Positions 1-9,560 of a DNA stretch of 64,000 nucleotides are shown here, piece after piece. Below the pieces are notes generated by a model. The model did no database searches. It was not told the DNA's origin and was given only the letters and a program-made list of their open reading frames with translations. Source of the DNA: Spirochaetia bacterium (lineage in GTDB: Bacteria > Spirochaetota > Spirochaetia > DSM-27196 > Salinispiraceae). Location: positions 1 through 64,000 of the forward strand of contig JBBRCZ010000003.1 of the NCBI GenBank assembly GCA_038204425.1, written 5' to 3'. Every line of letters starts with the position of its first letter. The stretch's first letter is position 1. A program made the translations under genes and the position numbers.

Positions 1-1
1 C

Positions 2-1138
2 ACGATTAGGTTTAAGAACGATTACACAAACAACGACTTGCTCAACATCGACTTCTTAGAAGTCTATGACGCTTCCACAGGCGGAACCACTACCACTGTA
101 GTTGGAACCACTACCAGTTCTACGGTACAGCCAAGTACCACAAGCACTTTAGCTGCAACCACTACAACTACCATCGCCACCGGAACAGACCGTACCGAAG
201 GCGGCACAGCAATTGATGGCGGAGCTTCTAACCCTGGAAACGAAGGCGAAGCAAAGGCGTTTGATAACACGACATCAACGAAGTGGCTAGTATATTCTTC
301 GACTGGTTTTATCGGCTATGACTTTGCGGGTACAACTACTTTTGCAATCAATGCCTATTCTGTAGCTTCGGCGAATGATACTTCTGATCGCGATCCAAAG
401 AATTGGGTACTTGAGGGCAGCAACAATGGCTCAAGTTGGACACAAGTAGATTTGAGATCTGGAATAACATTTGCTTCAAGAAATCAAACTCGATCCTTCA
501 GCTTTACTAACACCACAGCCTATCAGCAATACAGATTAAGAGTTACATTGAATAATGGAGGTCAATATCTGCAGTTGGCAGAACTCCAGATGTTCGGCAA
601 TGCCGGTACAGCAGGAACTACGACAACTACAGTAGCGCAAGCAACAACCACAAGCACCGTTGCACCTACTACCACAACCATAGCTCCAACAACTACCACA
701 ACGGTCCCGGCCACTACGACCACCACGGTATCGGCAAGCCTGCCAGTAAATGGAACTTACAAGATTATTAACAAGCGATCTGGCAAGGCACAGAAGACTG
801 AAGTCTACACCGCTGGTCTGTATAATGCCGCTTACGATGGGTCTGGGCTAATGAAGTGGAACCTGACTAAGGTGGGCGCTTACTTCAAGTTTATCAACGT
901 TACTAACGGCTATGCCCTGAGAGCCGAAGCTTACGGTGGTCCAAACCACGAAGTAATCGACAATGGCGATGACGAGCTCTTCACCCTGACTTCGGTCGGT
1001 GGCGGATACTTTAAAGTCTCGCTCAAGTCAGCACCCAATCGATTCTGGAAAACTGCCGACGTCTTTGACGGGAATGGAGTTGAGATGAACGATTGGAGCG
1101 ATACGGACAACTACAAGTTCCAGTTTACGGCACCCTGA
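2..1138 (+). CDS. Modular carbohydrate-binding protein, 5'-truncated by the window: end of a CBM-like domain, Thr-rich linker, F5/8 type C (discoidin)-like domain, Thr-rich linker, ricin-type beta-trefoil-like domain
   Basis: Frame is open from base 2 (TIRFKNDYTNNDLLNIDFLEV). Motifs AFDNTTSTKWL, YSVASAND..RDPKNWVLEGSNNG..WT and YRLRVT..LQLAELQ; two poly-Thr linkers; C-terminal GTYKIINKRSGK. Confidence 0.75.
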   Translation, partial: TIRFKNDYTNNDLLNIDFLEVYDASTGGTTTTVVGTTTSSTVQPSTTSTLAATTTTTIATGTDRTEGGTAIDGGASNPGNEGEAKAFDNTTSTKWLVYSSTGFIGYDFAGTTTFAINAYSVASANDTSDRDPKNWVLEGSNNGSSWTQVDLRSGITFASRNQTRSFSFTNTTAYQQYRLRVTLNNGGQYLQLAELQMFGNAGTAGTTTTTVAQATTTSTVAPTTTTIAPTTTTTVPATTTTTVSASLPVNGTYKIINKRSGKAQKTEVYTAGLYNAAYDGSGLMKWNLTKVGAYFKFINVTNGYALRAEAYGGPNHEVIDNGDDELFTLTSVGGGYFKVSLKSAPNRFWKTADVFDGNGVEMNDWSDTDNYKFQFTAP

Positions 1139-1148
1139 TTTTAGAAGA

Positions 1149-1174
1149 CGCGTGGGAGGACTAAAGCCCACGCG
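1149..1174. repeat. REP-like short palindrome
   Basis: CGCGTGGG-AGGACTAAAG-CCCACGCG just after the stop codon. Confidence 0.4.
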
Positions 1175-1204
1175 CCATTGGTAAAAAACGTTCTGCACAG
1201 ATTC

Positions 1205-1230
1205 AAGACCGCCTTCGGGCGGTCTTTTTT
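1205..1230 (+). terminator. Rho-independent terminator
   Basis: AAGACCGCC-TTCG-GGCGGTCTT followed by a T run; cUUCGg tetraloop. Confidence 0.9.
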
Positions 1231-1408
1231 GTATCCCCCCAAAAGGCGACGCCACTTTATCCATTCGTCTAAACCAAAAAGTCACTGACACGCCCCTCTC
1301 TTCGTGAAATTATGGGCGACATGAAAACGTGCGGGGGTATAATTTTTTGAACCTAAAACTATACTGTCCTTGGCTGATTCCAGCTCGACTCAAGAAGGAG
1401 TTTTGACT

Positions 1409-1951
1409 GTGGACATTCATTTTTTTTGCCCGCTCTGGGGTTCAGAATCGCTTTCTTTCTCAGATTTTTGTTCCCGAGTTCAAAAGGCAGGCTACACTGG
1501 GGTGGAGCTGAGCTTCCCTGTAGGCGAGACGAAACTTCGCGCCAATCGGCTGGCCATCCTTGCCGACTTTGGCCTTTTGTATATTGCCCAACACTGGGAA
1601 ACCACCGAGCCCAATCTGGCCAGACACCAGGATGAATATCGTCGGCGTCTGGACTTTTTGGCCGAGGCTAAGCCACTTTTTATCAACTCCCAGACAGGCC
1701 GCGATTGGTTTACCCTCGACGATAACCTGAGCATCCTTTCCATCGCCGATAGGGTAAGCGCCGACACAGTTGATAGTGGCCATGACAAATTGTTTACCAT
1801 CACTGATGTCGGTGGCGGATACTATAAGATTTTGCTCAAAGCTGCTCCTACCAGATTCTGGCGAACCGAGGATATCCACAACGGCAACGGAATTCAAGGT
1901 CGTGATTGGGCGACTGAAGGCAACTATTTGTTTGAGTTTGTCGCACGATAA
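1409..1951 (+). pseudogene. Chimeric ORF: N-terminal part of a sugar-phosphate/xylose-isomerase-like TIM barrel fused in frame to a ricin-like C-terminal fragment
   Basis: FFCPLWG..GYTGVE..QHWET..FINSQTGRDWF breaks off near 1765. The last ~60 aa align with the C-terminus of the upstream protein. AAGGAG precedes GTG 1409. Confidence 0.65.
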
Positions 1952-1995
1952 CCAATTTATATTGGTCGCAAGGCAATCGACTTTGGTCCATGATG

Positions 1996-2029
1996 ATGAT
2001 ACAAGCTTCCTTGGGAAAGCTTGTATCAT
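1996..2029. terminator. Long hairpin after the chimeric ORF
   Basis: ATGATACAAGCTT...AAGCTTGTATCAT inverted repeat. Confidence 0.55.
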
Positions 2030-2466
2030 TCATTGTTATTGCTGTAAGTTTGAGCGCCTGACGAAACTTAGCCTGCTTTGCTGTCGTCTTCTGTCTTGCG
2101 CAGGACTCAGGCTAAGTGCAAAATCACCTACCAATCAAATCAAACCACCTGCTCCAAGTTCAAAAGCCCTTTGCACAATGCTTGTTCTTAGCCAAGGGCT
2201 ATGGAATTCGTTTTAAACACTCAGTATAATAGCAATCGATTTCGGGTGTTTAAACTTGTCGATATAGTTAGCCGCATGGCGTAAAAATAGAACCTAGAAC
2301 GACCACATTGATTAATGGGCTGCTTGATTCCCGATGAGTTCACTGCGAAAGTAATATTGGAACTCACAACTTTGCTTGTGACGATTTTAGGGGGCGTCCG
2401 TTTGTTTATTTTAATCAACTATAGCCTTATGGTTTTTAGCCAAGTATTGGCCGAGGGGCGCTTATA

Positions 2467-3459
2467 GTGGCAAAAACTTTAATAACTGGCTCAAGTGGGC
2501 TAATTGGTGGCAACCTAGCGCGAAAGCTGGCTCAAGAGGGCAGAGAGCTAGTTTTGTTGAGTCGCAGTCCAAGTTTTGGCACTAACCTAGATGAGCTTGG
2601 CGGCGTAACAATTGCCCATGGTGATGTTACAGATCTGTCATCGATGGTGAGCGCCACGGTTGGGTGTGAGATTGTCTATCATTGCGCGGCTGTAGTTTCT
2701 GCTTGGAACGGTAACGCTAGTAAAATTTGGGACGTTAACGTGGTCGGGACTCAGAACGTGATCGATGCTTGCATAATCAATAAGGTCAAGCGATTGGTAT
2801 ATTGTTCTTCGGTTGATGCATTTGGAGTAAGTACCGATGGCTTGCCGGTTAACGAAAATGCACCATGGAACTGGGATGAGTTGAGGATTGGCAACCCCTA
2901 TGCCAGATCAAAACGCGATGCACAAAAGAGAGTATTTAGCGCCAAGGAAAAACTGGATATAGTAGTCGTTAATCCAACCTATGTCTTGGGCCCCTATGAT
3001 TTTAAACCATCAAGTGGCAAAATGATTGTTGCCTTGGCACACAATAAAGTACCCGGTTATACCAAAGGCGGCAACAACTTTGTTTCTGTGCATGACGTGG
3101 TACAGGGCATGATTAGTGCAGAAATCAACGGCAAGAGTGGAGAATCCTATATTTTGGGAAGCCACAACTTGCACTACCAAGAAATGTTCGCCAAAATATT
3201 GGCAGGGCTTGGCATTAAGCGCACCTTAAGACAATTGCCCTTTATTCCTTCAATGTTTTTTGGCTACATTGGTGACTTGGTAAGTTTTATTTCACGCAAG
3301 GAATCACTCATTTCGAGCAATATTGTTAAACTTGGGAATGTTGATCACTTCTATTCAAGCAACAAAGCCCGAGAGCTGCTCGGTTTGCAAGCTAGACCTA
3401 TAGAAGACACGATTGAAGAAACTATTAAGTGGTTTCGCGACGTTGGGCGTATAAATTAG
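2467..3459 (+). CDS. NAD-dependent epimerase/dehydratase (extended SDR, dihydroflavonol-reductase-like)
   Basis: TGSSGLIG Rossmann motif, YARSK (YxxxK), NPTYVLGP. Confidence 0.9.
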   Translation: MAKTLITGSSGLIGGNLARKLAQEGRELVLLSRSPSFGTNLDELGGVTIAHGDVTDLSSMVSATVGCEIVYHCAAVVSAWNGNASKIWDVNVVGTQNVIDACIINKVKRLVYCSSVDAFGVSTDGLPVNENAPWNWDELRIGNPYARSKRDAQKRVFSAKEKLDIVVVNPTYVLGPYDFKPSSGKMIVALAHNKVPGYTKGGNNFVSVHDVVQGMISAEINGKSGESYILGSHNLHYQEMFAKILAGLGIKRTLRQLPFIPSMFFGYIGDLVSFISRKESLISSNIVKLGNVDHFYSSNKARELLGLQARPIEDTIEETIKWFRDVGRIN

Positions 3460-3462
3460 ACT

Positions 3463-5787
3463 ATGACTTGTTCAGCGTTTATCAATTTACTTAAAGCTGA
3501 TGCTGATTTTATCAAGAATGTGCGCTTGTGGAAGGTCACTCAGGCTCGCGAGGCAGTCTACAGCGCAATTCCGACTGACTTGGCACCAGCTCTCGAGCAA
3601 GCCCTGCGCACAAGAGGTATAAATCAACTGTATTGCCACCAACGTCAAGCTTGGGATCATGCTCAGTTAAGTCAAGACTTTGTAGTGGTAACACCAACCG
3701 CGTCAGGAAAGACACTTTGCTACAATCTGCCAGTTATTCAAGCGATTCTAGATGATCCTGCTGCACGGGCAATGTATCTTTTTCCGACTAAGGCCTTAAG
3801 TCAGGACCAACAGTCTGAGCTCAATGAAATTACCTTAGCGGCAGATCTTGGCGTCAAGATAGCCACTTACGATGGTGATACCCCCAACAGTTTGCGCGCC
3901 AGTGCCCGCGAAACCGGCCAAATCATCATTAGCAATCCAGACATGTTACATTCCGGCATACTGCCCAACCACCCCAAGTGGATTAAGTTTTTTCGCAATC
4001 TTCGCTTTTTGGTTATTGACGAACTGCACAGTTACCGTGGAGTTTTTGGTTCACACGTGGCCAATGTAATTGCCCGTCTTTTAAGAATTGCGCAATTTTA
4101 CGGCTCCAATCCGCTCATTATTGCTGCATCGGCGACTATTGGAAATCCTGGTCAACTCGCTATGCAATTGTGCGGGCGCAAGTTTGAAGTAATTGACAAA
4201 AATGGCTCACCAGCTGGCCGTAAACACCTCGTGCTTTACAATCCGCCAATTGTGGATGCGGTGCAAGGCATCCGTCGTGGCACCGTCAACGAGTCACAGG
4301 CTATCGCCGTTAAGGCATTGCGGGCGCGGATAAAGACGATAGTTTTTGCCAAAAGTCGCATCCGGGTAGAGCTTATTGCCAGCTATATCCGTGACAAGCT
4401 TGCCAATCACTTTACCGAAAACAATGGCATTAGAGTAGAATCATATCGCGGTGGCTACCTGCCCAATGAGCGCAGAGCGATCGAAAAAGGCCTCAGAGAC
4501 GGTAGCATCCATGCTGTTGTTTCGACCAACGCTCTTGAACTCGGTATCGACATTGGCGGCCTAGACTTGGCAATTCTAGCAGGATACCCTGGTGGCATGT
4601 CTAGCGTGTGGCAGCAGGCGGGTAGGGCAGGTCGTCGAAGCGGCGAAAGTATGGCAATATTGATAGCCAGTTCTGCACCTTTGGATCAATATATGGTCGA
4701 ACATGGTGACTACTTGAGTGATAGCAAGGGCGAACAAGCCTTTATTAATCCAAGCAACGCCCATGTTCGTCTCGAACATATAAAGTGCGCAGCTTTTGAA
4801 CTGCCCTTTGACGAGCTTGACCAGTTTTTTCCCGATGCCGAAGCCTACCTAAACCTGCTCTGCGAAGAAGGGGTTTTGCGCAAGACGCAAGAAAGATGGT
4901 ATTGGGCCAACCAATCCTACCCAGCCGAAAACATTAGTCTGCGTTCGGCAAGTGCAGAAAATGTGGTTATCATTGACACCACTCATGGTAAGGGCGAAGT
5001 AATTGGCGAAATGGATAGACCAAGTGCCAAAGAAATGCTCTTTCCTCAAGCGGTTTACTTGCACCGTGGGCGGCAGTTTTTGGTGCAAGACTTAGATATA
5101 GAACAGCATCGTTGTTATGTGGAGGAGCGCCAGCTCAACTACTACACCGATGCTGTCGTTAAGACCGACCTCAAAGTCTTGCATGAAGATCGATGGCACG
5201 AGCAGGCTGGCGTGAGAATGTGCCTTGGCGATATTTTGGTGCGCAGCCAAGTCAGTCGCTTCAAAAAACTCAAGTTTAAATCTCATGAAAACATAGGCTA
5301 CGGCGAGGTAAGTCTTCCTGAGGAAGAAATGCACACCAGCTTTGTGGCCTTGTGTATGGGCGAACAAACAGCTGCTGGTCAAGCTCTGTTGACGATAGAA
5401 AACGAACAACGAGCGCCGGCTTTACTGCGCACGTTAACACTCCTGCGCCAGGTGGCTCCCGCATTTCTTCTCTGTCAGTACAGCGATTTTGGCATAGCTG
5501 AGCGCCTGAGAGATAGTCACTTTGGGCAGACTGCACTGTATGTCTTTGATGCGGTACCGGGTGGGTCAGGCATGGCAGAAGCTTTTGCGTCGCAGATAGC
5601 TGTTCTGTTGCTGGCAGCCAACGCCCACTTGTCCAGCTGCCCCTGTAGCGAGGGCTGCCCTTCTTGTATAGGCGCCCATGACAGTCAGACCGAGCTTGGC
5701 GGCAACCCAAAGCTAGCAGTCAAAAAATTTCTGCAAACCTGGATAAGCAATGCTGGGCTCGAGCAACATGAGTCAGAATCTTTATAA
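3463..5787 (+). CDS. mrfA: DEAD/DEAH-box SF2 helicase with C-terminal DUF1998 (MrfA/YprA family)
   Basis: PTASGKT, DELH, SATIGNP, TNALELGIDIG, QQAGRAGRR, C-terminal CPCSEGCPSC. Confidence 0.88.
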   Translation: MTCSAFINLLKADADFIKNVRLWKVTQAREAVYSAIPTDLAPALEQALRTRGINQLYCHQRQAWDHAQLSQDFVVVTPTASGKTLCYNLPVIQAILDDPAARAMYLFPTKALSQDQQSELNEITLAADLGVKIATYDGDTPNSLRASARETGQIIISNPDMLHSGILPNHPKWIKFFRNLRFLVIDELHSYRGVFGSHVANVIARLLRIAQFYGSNPLIIAASATIGNPGQLAMQLCGRKFEVIDKNGSPAGRKHLVLYNPPIVDAVQGIRRGTVNESQAIAVKALRARIKTIVFAKSRIRVELIASYIRDKLANHFTENNGIRVESYRGGYLPNERRAIEKGLRDGSIHAVVSTNALELGIDIGGLDLAILAGYPGGMSSVWQQAGRAGRRSGESMAILIASSAPLDQYMVEHGDYLSDSKGEQAFINPSNAHVRLEHIKCAAFELPFDELDQFFPDAEAYLNLLCEEGVLRKTQERWYWANQSYPAENISLRSASAENVVIIDTTHGKGEVIGEMDRPSAKEMLFPQAVYLHRGRQFLVQDLDIEQHRCYVEERQLNYYTDAVVKTDLKVLHEDRWHEQAGVRMCLGDILVRSQVSRFKKLKFKSHENIGYGEVSLPEEEMHTSFVALCMGEQTAAGQALLTIENEQRAPALLRTLTLLRQVAPAFLLCQYSDFGIAERLRDSHFGQTALYVFDAVPGGSGMAEAFASQIAVLLLAANAHLSSCPCSEGCPSCIGAHDSQTELGGNPKLAVKKFLQTWISNAGLEQHESESL

Positions 5788-7096
5788 TCGCCTCAAGGCA
5801 ATCAGAGACGCTCAATCAATTGTTGGTGCTAGCAAAAGCTCTGCTGCTAGCGGCTCTGGAGTTTATTATAGTCCACAGACATTGCCACAGACATTCCCAC
5901 AGTCACTGCCACAGTCACTGCCACAGGACCAAGCTTGGCAATGGGTTTCTTGTGGCAACTGTGTTTGGCGACGGTCATTTGTGGTCGATCTTCCACAGCT
6001 AAAAGGGCAAGCTGCAACGGCTCTTAGTGCGTCTGGCCAGGTGCCTGGAATTTACTTTGATACTGAGACTACTGGTCTGTCAGGCGGCGCCGGCACCGTG
6101 GCTTTTTTGATGGGCTGGTTAGTTCGCTTGGGGCCTTCTTCGGCTACGGTAGTCCAATATTTTTTGTCTGACTATCCGGGGGAATCCGTTTTTGTTGCGG
6201 CAATTATAGATGAGCTTCAAGGGCTTTTTGCGTCTGTTAAAGACTGCAGTTTGGTCAGTTACAATGGAGCAAGCTTTGATCTTCCACTTCTGAAGATGCG
6301 CTCCGCTATGCATGGCTTGGAGTTTCCGGCTATCAAGCACCGTGATGCCTTACATCCCGCCCGCAGCTTGTGGCGTAGTATCTACCAAAACTGTTCGCTG
6401 TCACGTCTCGAGCATTGCCTCTTTGCTATCAACAGAATCAACGACCCCGGTGGTGCGGCCGTACCCGCCTTGTATTCTCAGTGGCTGTCATTAAATCAAA
6501 ATACGGGATTTGAGCAGCATTTGGGCGGAGTGTTTGAGCATCATGTTCAAGATCTTGTAAGTCTAGTGCTTATCGATGAGTTGTCGCAGAGCATTTTGTC
6601 CAGCCAGCCGCAACTGGAGTCACTTGGAGCTACAAGGTCGAGCTTGCAAGCCCAGCTGCCGTGGTTGCCATCCAAGACTGAGCAACAATCGAGTACGAGC
6701 CAGCTTCCACAAACAAATTATGTAGACTATGACCCCTGGGCTTGGTTTAAAAGGCAAAATCTTGAAGTTCAAAAAAAGTGGGTATTTGCATTGTGGCGAC
6801 AGAACGCTAACAATCGTTGGGCATTAGTTGCCAGTCGCTTGTTAGAAACAACTCAGGCGCTCGCAATTCTTAGCCAGCAACACCAGAAAAGTCTTGAGAC
6901 TTGTTTGGCAGTTCGCATCGCTTTGTTGCTCGAACATCGCCTCAAAGACTATACAGGCGCCTTGGAGCTGGTCAATCAGCAGCTTTCGTTGATCGCTAGC
7001 CAAGCAAGCAAACACGACCCCTACCAAAGCGACCTCAACAAAAGAGCAAAGCGCTTGCTAATTAAGATTGGCCGCGCTTGTCGCTCAGTGCCATGA
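5768..7096 (+). CDS. mrfB: RNase H-like 3'-5' exonuclease with C-terminal TPR-like helices (MrfB/YprB family)
   Basis: FDTETTGLSGGAGTVAFL, SYNGASFDLP, H..DALHPAR, HHVQDL; overlaps the helicase stop. Confidence 0.8.
   Translation: MSQNLYNRLKAIRDAQSIVGASKSSAASGSGVYYSPQTLPQTFPQSLPQSLPQDQAWQWVSCGNCVWRRSFVVDLPQLKGQAATALSASGQVPGIYFDTETTGLSGGAGTVAFLMGWLVRLGPSSATVVQYFLSDYPGESVFVAAIIDELQGLFASVKDCSLVSYNGASFDLPLLKMRSAMHGLEFPAIKHRDALHPARSLWRSIYQNCSLSRLEHCLFAINRINDPGGAAVPALYSQWLSLNQNTGFEQHLGGVFEHHVQDLVSLVLIDELSQSILSSQPQLESLGATRSSLQAQLPWLPSKTEQQSSTSQLPQTNYVDYDPWAWFKRQNLEVQKKWVFALWRQNANNRWALVASRLLETTQALAILSQQHQKSLETCLAVRIALLLEHRLKDYTGALELVNQQLSLIASQASKHDPYQSDLNKRAKRLLIKIGRACRSVP
5873..5926 (+). repeat. 12-bp in-frame tandem repeat (about 4.5 copies) encoding PQTL-PQTF-PQSL-PQSL-PQ
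   Basis: ccacagacattg ccacagacattc ccacagtcactg ccacagtcactg ccacag. Confidence 0.9.
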
Positions 7097-8552
7097 GGTA
7101 GATCTTTTCGTATTCTTTAGCTGACTCTTCCCAGCTAAAGCGCAGTTTCATAGCACGTTCTTGCATGCTCCGATACGCCGGTTTGCGGTCCATCCATAAG
7201 GTTACTGCACTGCGAACCGACTGGTAGATGTGCTCAGGCGTGACGGGTAGTTGGATATAGATACCTGTTGCGGTTTTTGGATGAATTTTTAAATCTTTAA
7301 CCGTATCGGCCAAGCCTCCACTCGGTGCAACTATGGGAATTGTTCCATAGCGCAAGGCATACATTTGAGTTAGGCCACAGGGTTCGTACAATGACGGCAT
7401 GAGGAAAAAATCACTACCAGCTTGTATCAAGTGGCTCAATCGTTCGTTATAGGCGAGAACCAGCTTGAGATTGGGGTAAATCTTTGATAAGCGCGCCAGT
7501 TCGTCTTCACACCATCGCTCCCCGGTGCCCAAAATAACCAACTGCACAGGAAAATCCGCAAGTATTCTAGAAAGACTTCCAAAGCCCGGAGCAGCAAGTT
7601 CCACAAATCCCTTTTGACTAACCAAACGAGAGATTATTCCAATCACTGCCAAGTCTTGGTTAACCTCTAACCCCAGTTCTTTTTGCAAAGCCAGTTTGTT
7701 GGCTTGCTTGTCGCCCAATGAGTCCACATCGAAGTTCTTGGCCAGCAACTCGTCGCTCTGTGGGTTCCATGCCTGATAGTCCATGCCGTTTAAAATGCCA
7801 GTTAATTTAGCGCTTTTTTCAGTCAAGATACCTTCCATGCCAAAGCCAAAATTGACTGTTTTTATTTCCTCTGCGTAGCGTGGACTTACCGTGCTTATGG
7901 CCCCGGCGTGACGCAACGCGCCTTGCATAAAATTGAGCTTGCCCCAAAACTCAAATGAGCCAAGTTTAAACTCAGTCCAAGGCATGCCTAAAACAGGAAA
8001 CTGTTCAGCAGGAAAAAGCCCTTGGTAGCCCACGTTATGAATCGTAAAAACTCCGGCGCTGCGTTTAAAATCTCCAGTGCGTTCAGTGCTGTTGAGCATA
8101 GCCATCGAGGGAGCACAGGGCCAGTCGTGGCCATGAATTACGTCAGGAATCCAGTTGAGCATGCGACAAGCAGAAAAGGCCGCTTTGTTTAAAAAAGCAA
8201 ACCGCAGAGCGTTGTCAACAAACTCGCTTTCTCCTGGACTTGCATAGATCCCATCGCGGCCATAAAGGTTTTCATATTCAACAAAGTAGACGTTGACATT
8301 TGTTTGATCCAAACTCGCGCTATAGAGACCAGCCTGGGCCAATCCATTGAGTACAGGAATTTCGATGCGATTTGGTGCGCGTGCCAAACTGCTTCTATCT
8401 ATAAAGTAGTAGCGAGGCATAATGATGCGGACATCATGGCCCATCAGCGCCAGCTGTTTGGCAAGTGAAGGGACTACATCAGCCAATCCGCCAGCCTTAG
8501 CAAAAGGAATGCACTCGCTGCTAATCATCAGAATTTTTAGTGCTTGGGACAC
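7062..8552 (-). CDS. glgA: Glycogen synthase
   Basis: KAGGLADV, HGHDW, FTIHN.GYQG, MPSLYEPCGLTQ. Confidence 0.95.
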   Translation of the reverse strand: MSQALKILMISSECIPFAKAGGLADVVPSLAKQLALMGHDVRIIMPRYYFIDRSSLARAPNRIEIPVLNGLAQAGLYSASLDQTNVNVYFVEYENLYGRDGIYASPGESEFVDNALRFAFLNKAAFSACRMLNWIPDVIHGHDWPCAPSMAMLNSTERTGDFKRSAGVFTIHNVGYQGLFPAEQFPVLGMPWTEFKLGSFEFWGKLNFMQGALRHAGAISTVSPRYAEEIKTVNFGFGMEGILTEKSAKLTGILNGMDYQAWNPQSDELLAKNFDVDSLGDKQANKLALQKELGLEVNQDLAVIGIISRLVSQKGFVELAAPGFGSLSRILADFPVQLVILGTGERWCEDELARLSKIYPNLKLVLAYNERLSHLIQAGSDFFLMPSLYEPCGLTQMYALRYGTIPIVAPSGGLADTVKDLKIHPKTATGIYIQLPVTPEHIYQSVRSAVTLWMDRKPAYRSMQERAMKLRFSWEESAKEYEKIYLMALSDKRGQS

Positions 8553-8621
8553 AAATCACCTCGTTATTTAACAAATAGTACTATAAGCCCTTGTAAGGCA
8601 ATAGTTGCAAGAACCCTGCTC

Positions 8622-9560
8622 TCAATAGTAACGAATCGACAAATCTCCCACCGTCTGGAAATGCAAGTTTTCGTAAACTTTACGTGCACTTTGGTTGTTT
8701 TGTTTTACAAACAACGCCGACGAGTAGCCTGTAGACAGGATATCCTCCAAGAGCAGTTTCATCAACTGTTGGGCGATGCTTTTGCCCCGCCAAGCTGGCA
8801 TGGTGTAGACACCACCGATCTGGATCCAGTTCCACGTTTGAGCGTTGGTGCTGGCTTTGGCAATCGCTTGGTCATTAATAAAGGCTGCTACGGTACGTTG
8901 GCTGTTAATGTTTCGCAAAAGCTGAGCGCGACTTAGTTCTCTACGCTGAACCTGCCCCGGTATTATCACCTCTTCAGCTTCGTAGGCAATTTGTAAATCC
9001 AATAGGTCATCTAGGTCATTGTGGTCACAGCTGCGCATTTGTAGGCCTGCGAAACTTGAAGATCTTGGCTGTAATGGTGGCCAAACGAGCGCTCGTGCAG
9101 ATGCCAAAGGAAGGTTTGCTTCGGGTAATTGCATTACTAGGTAGAGATTATGATGCACAACAGTTAAGAGCAAATAAGCGGCTATTTTTTCCCCCAGTTC
9201 TTCCTTTGCCAAAAGAGCGAAAATCCTTTTGCGGATACGCCCAACAGAACGGTCAAGCAGCCGTAGGCCCTCGGCCCAATCGGTCTCGCTTGGCGATTTA
9301 GTAGCAAGAGCAAACAAAAAACCGTTGCTACTAAATGCCAGCAGGGCCTCAATCTGACCACCGTTGGACGCAATCACTATACGCTCTTTCCAATCCTTTT
9401 CATGTGCTCTGAGGGCCAAGGCATGCGGTTGAAATTGATCGAAATTTACAGAAGTATCAAAAAAGCGGTCTATTAGATTGAGTGCAGCAAGTTCATTGTC
9501 CACCAGAAATGCAATTAGATCAGCCGAATCAACGTCTTTTGCGCAAAACCAGCGGTTCAT
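8622..9560 (-). CDS. GNAT family N-acetyltransferase
   Basis: C-terminal QIGGVYTMPAWRGKSIA...NQSARKVYENLHF. Confidence 0.8.
   Translation of the reverse strand: MNRWFCAKDVDSADLIAFLVDNELAALNLIDRFFDTSVNFDQFQPHALALRAHEKDWKERIVIASNGGQIEALLAFSSNGFLFALATKSPSETDWAEGLRLLDRSVGRIRKRIFALLAKEELGEKIAAYLLLTVVHHNLYLVMQLPEANLPLASARALVWPPLQPRSSSFAGLQMRSCDHNDLDDLLDLQIAYEAEEVIIPGQVQRRELSRAQLLRNINSQRTVAAFINDQAIAKASTNAQTWNWIQIGGVYTMPAWRGKSIAQQLMKLLLEDILSTGYSSALFVKQNNQSARKVYENLHFQTVGDLSIRYY

Noticed and set aside
955..1951. Diversity-generating retroelement (template/variable repeat) suggested by the two similar lectin-like tails
   Set aside because: Differences are spread over all four bases and include many synonymous changes, so they are not adenine-specific; no reverse transcriptase in the window.
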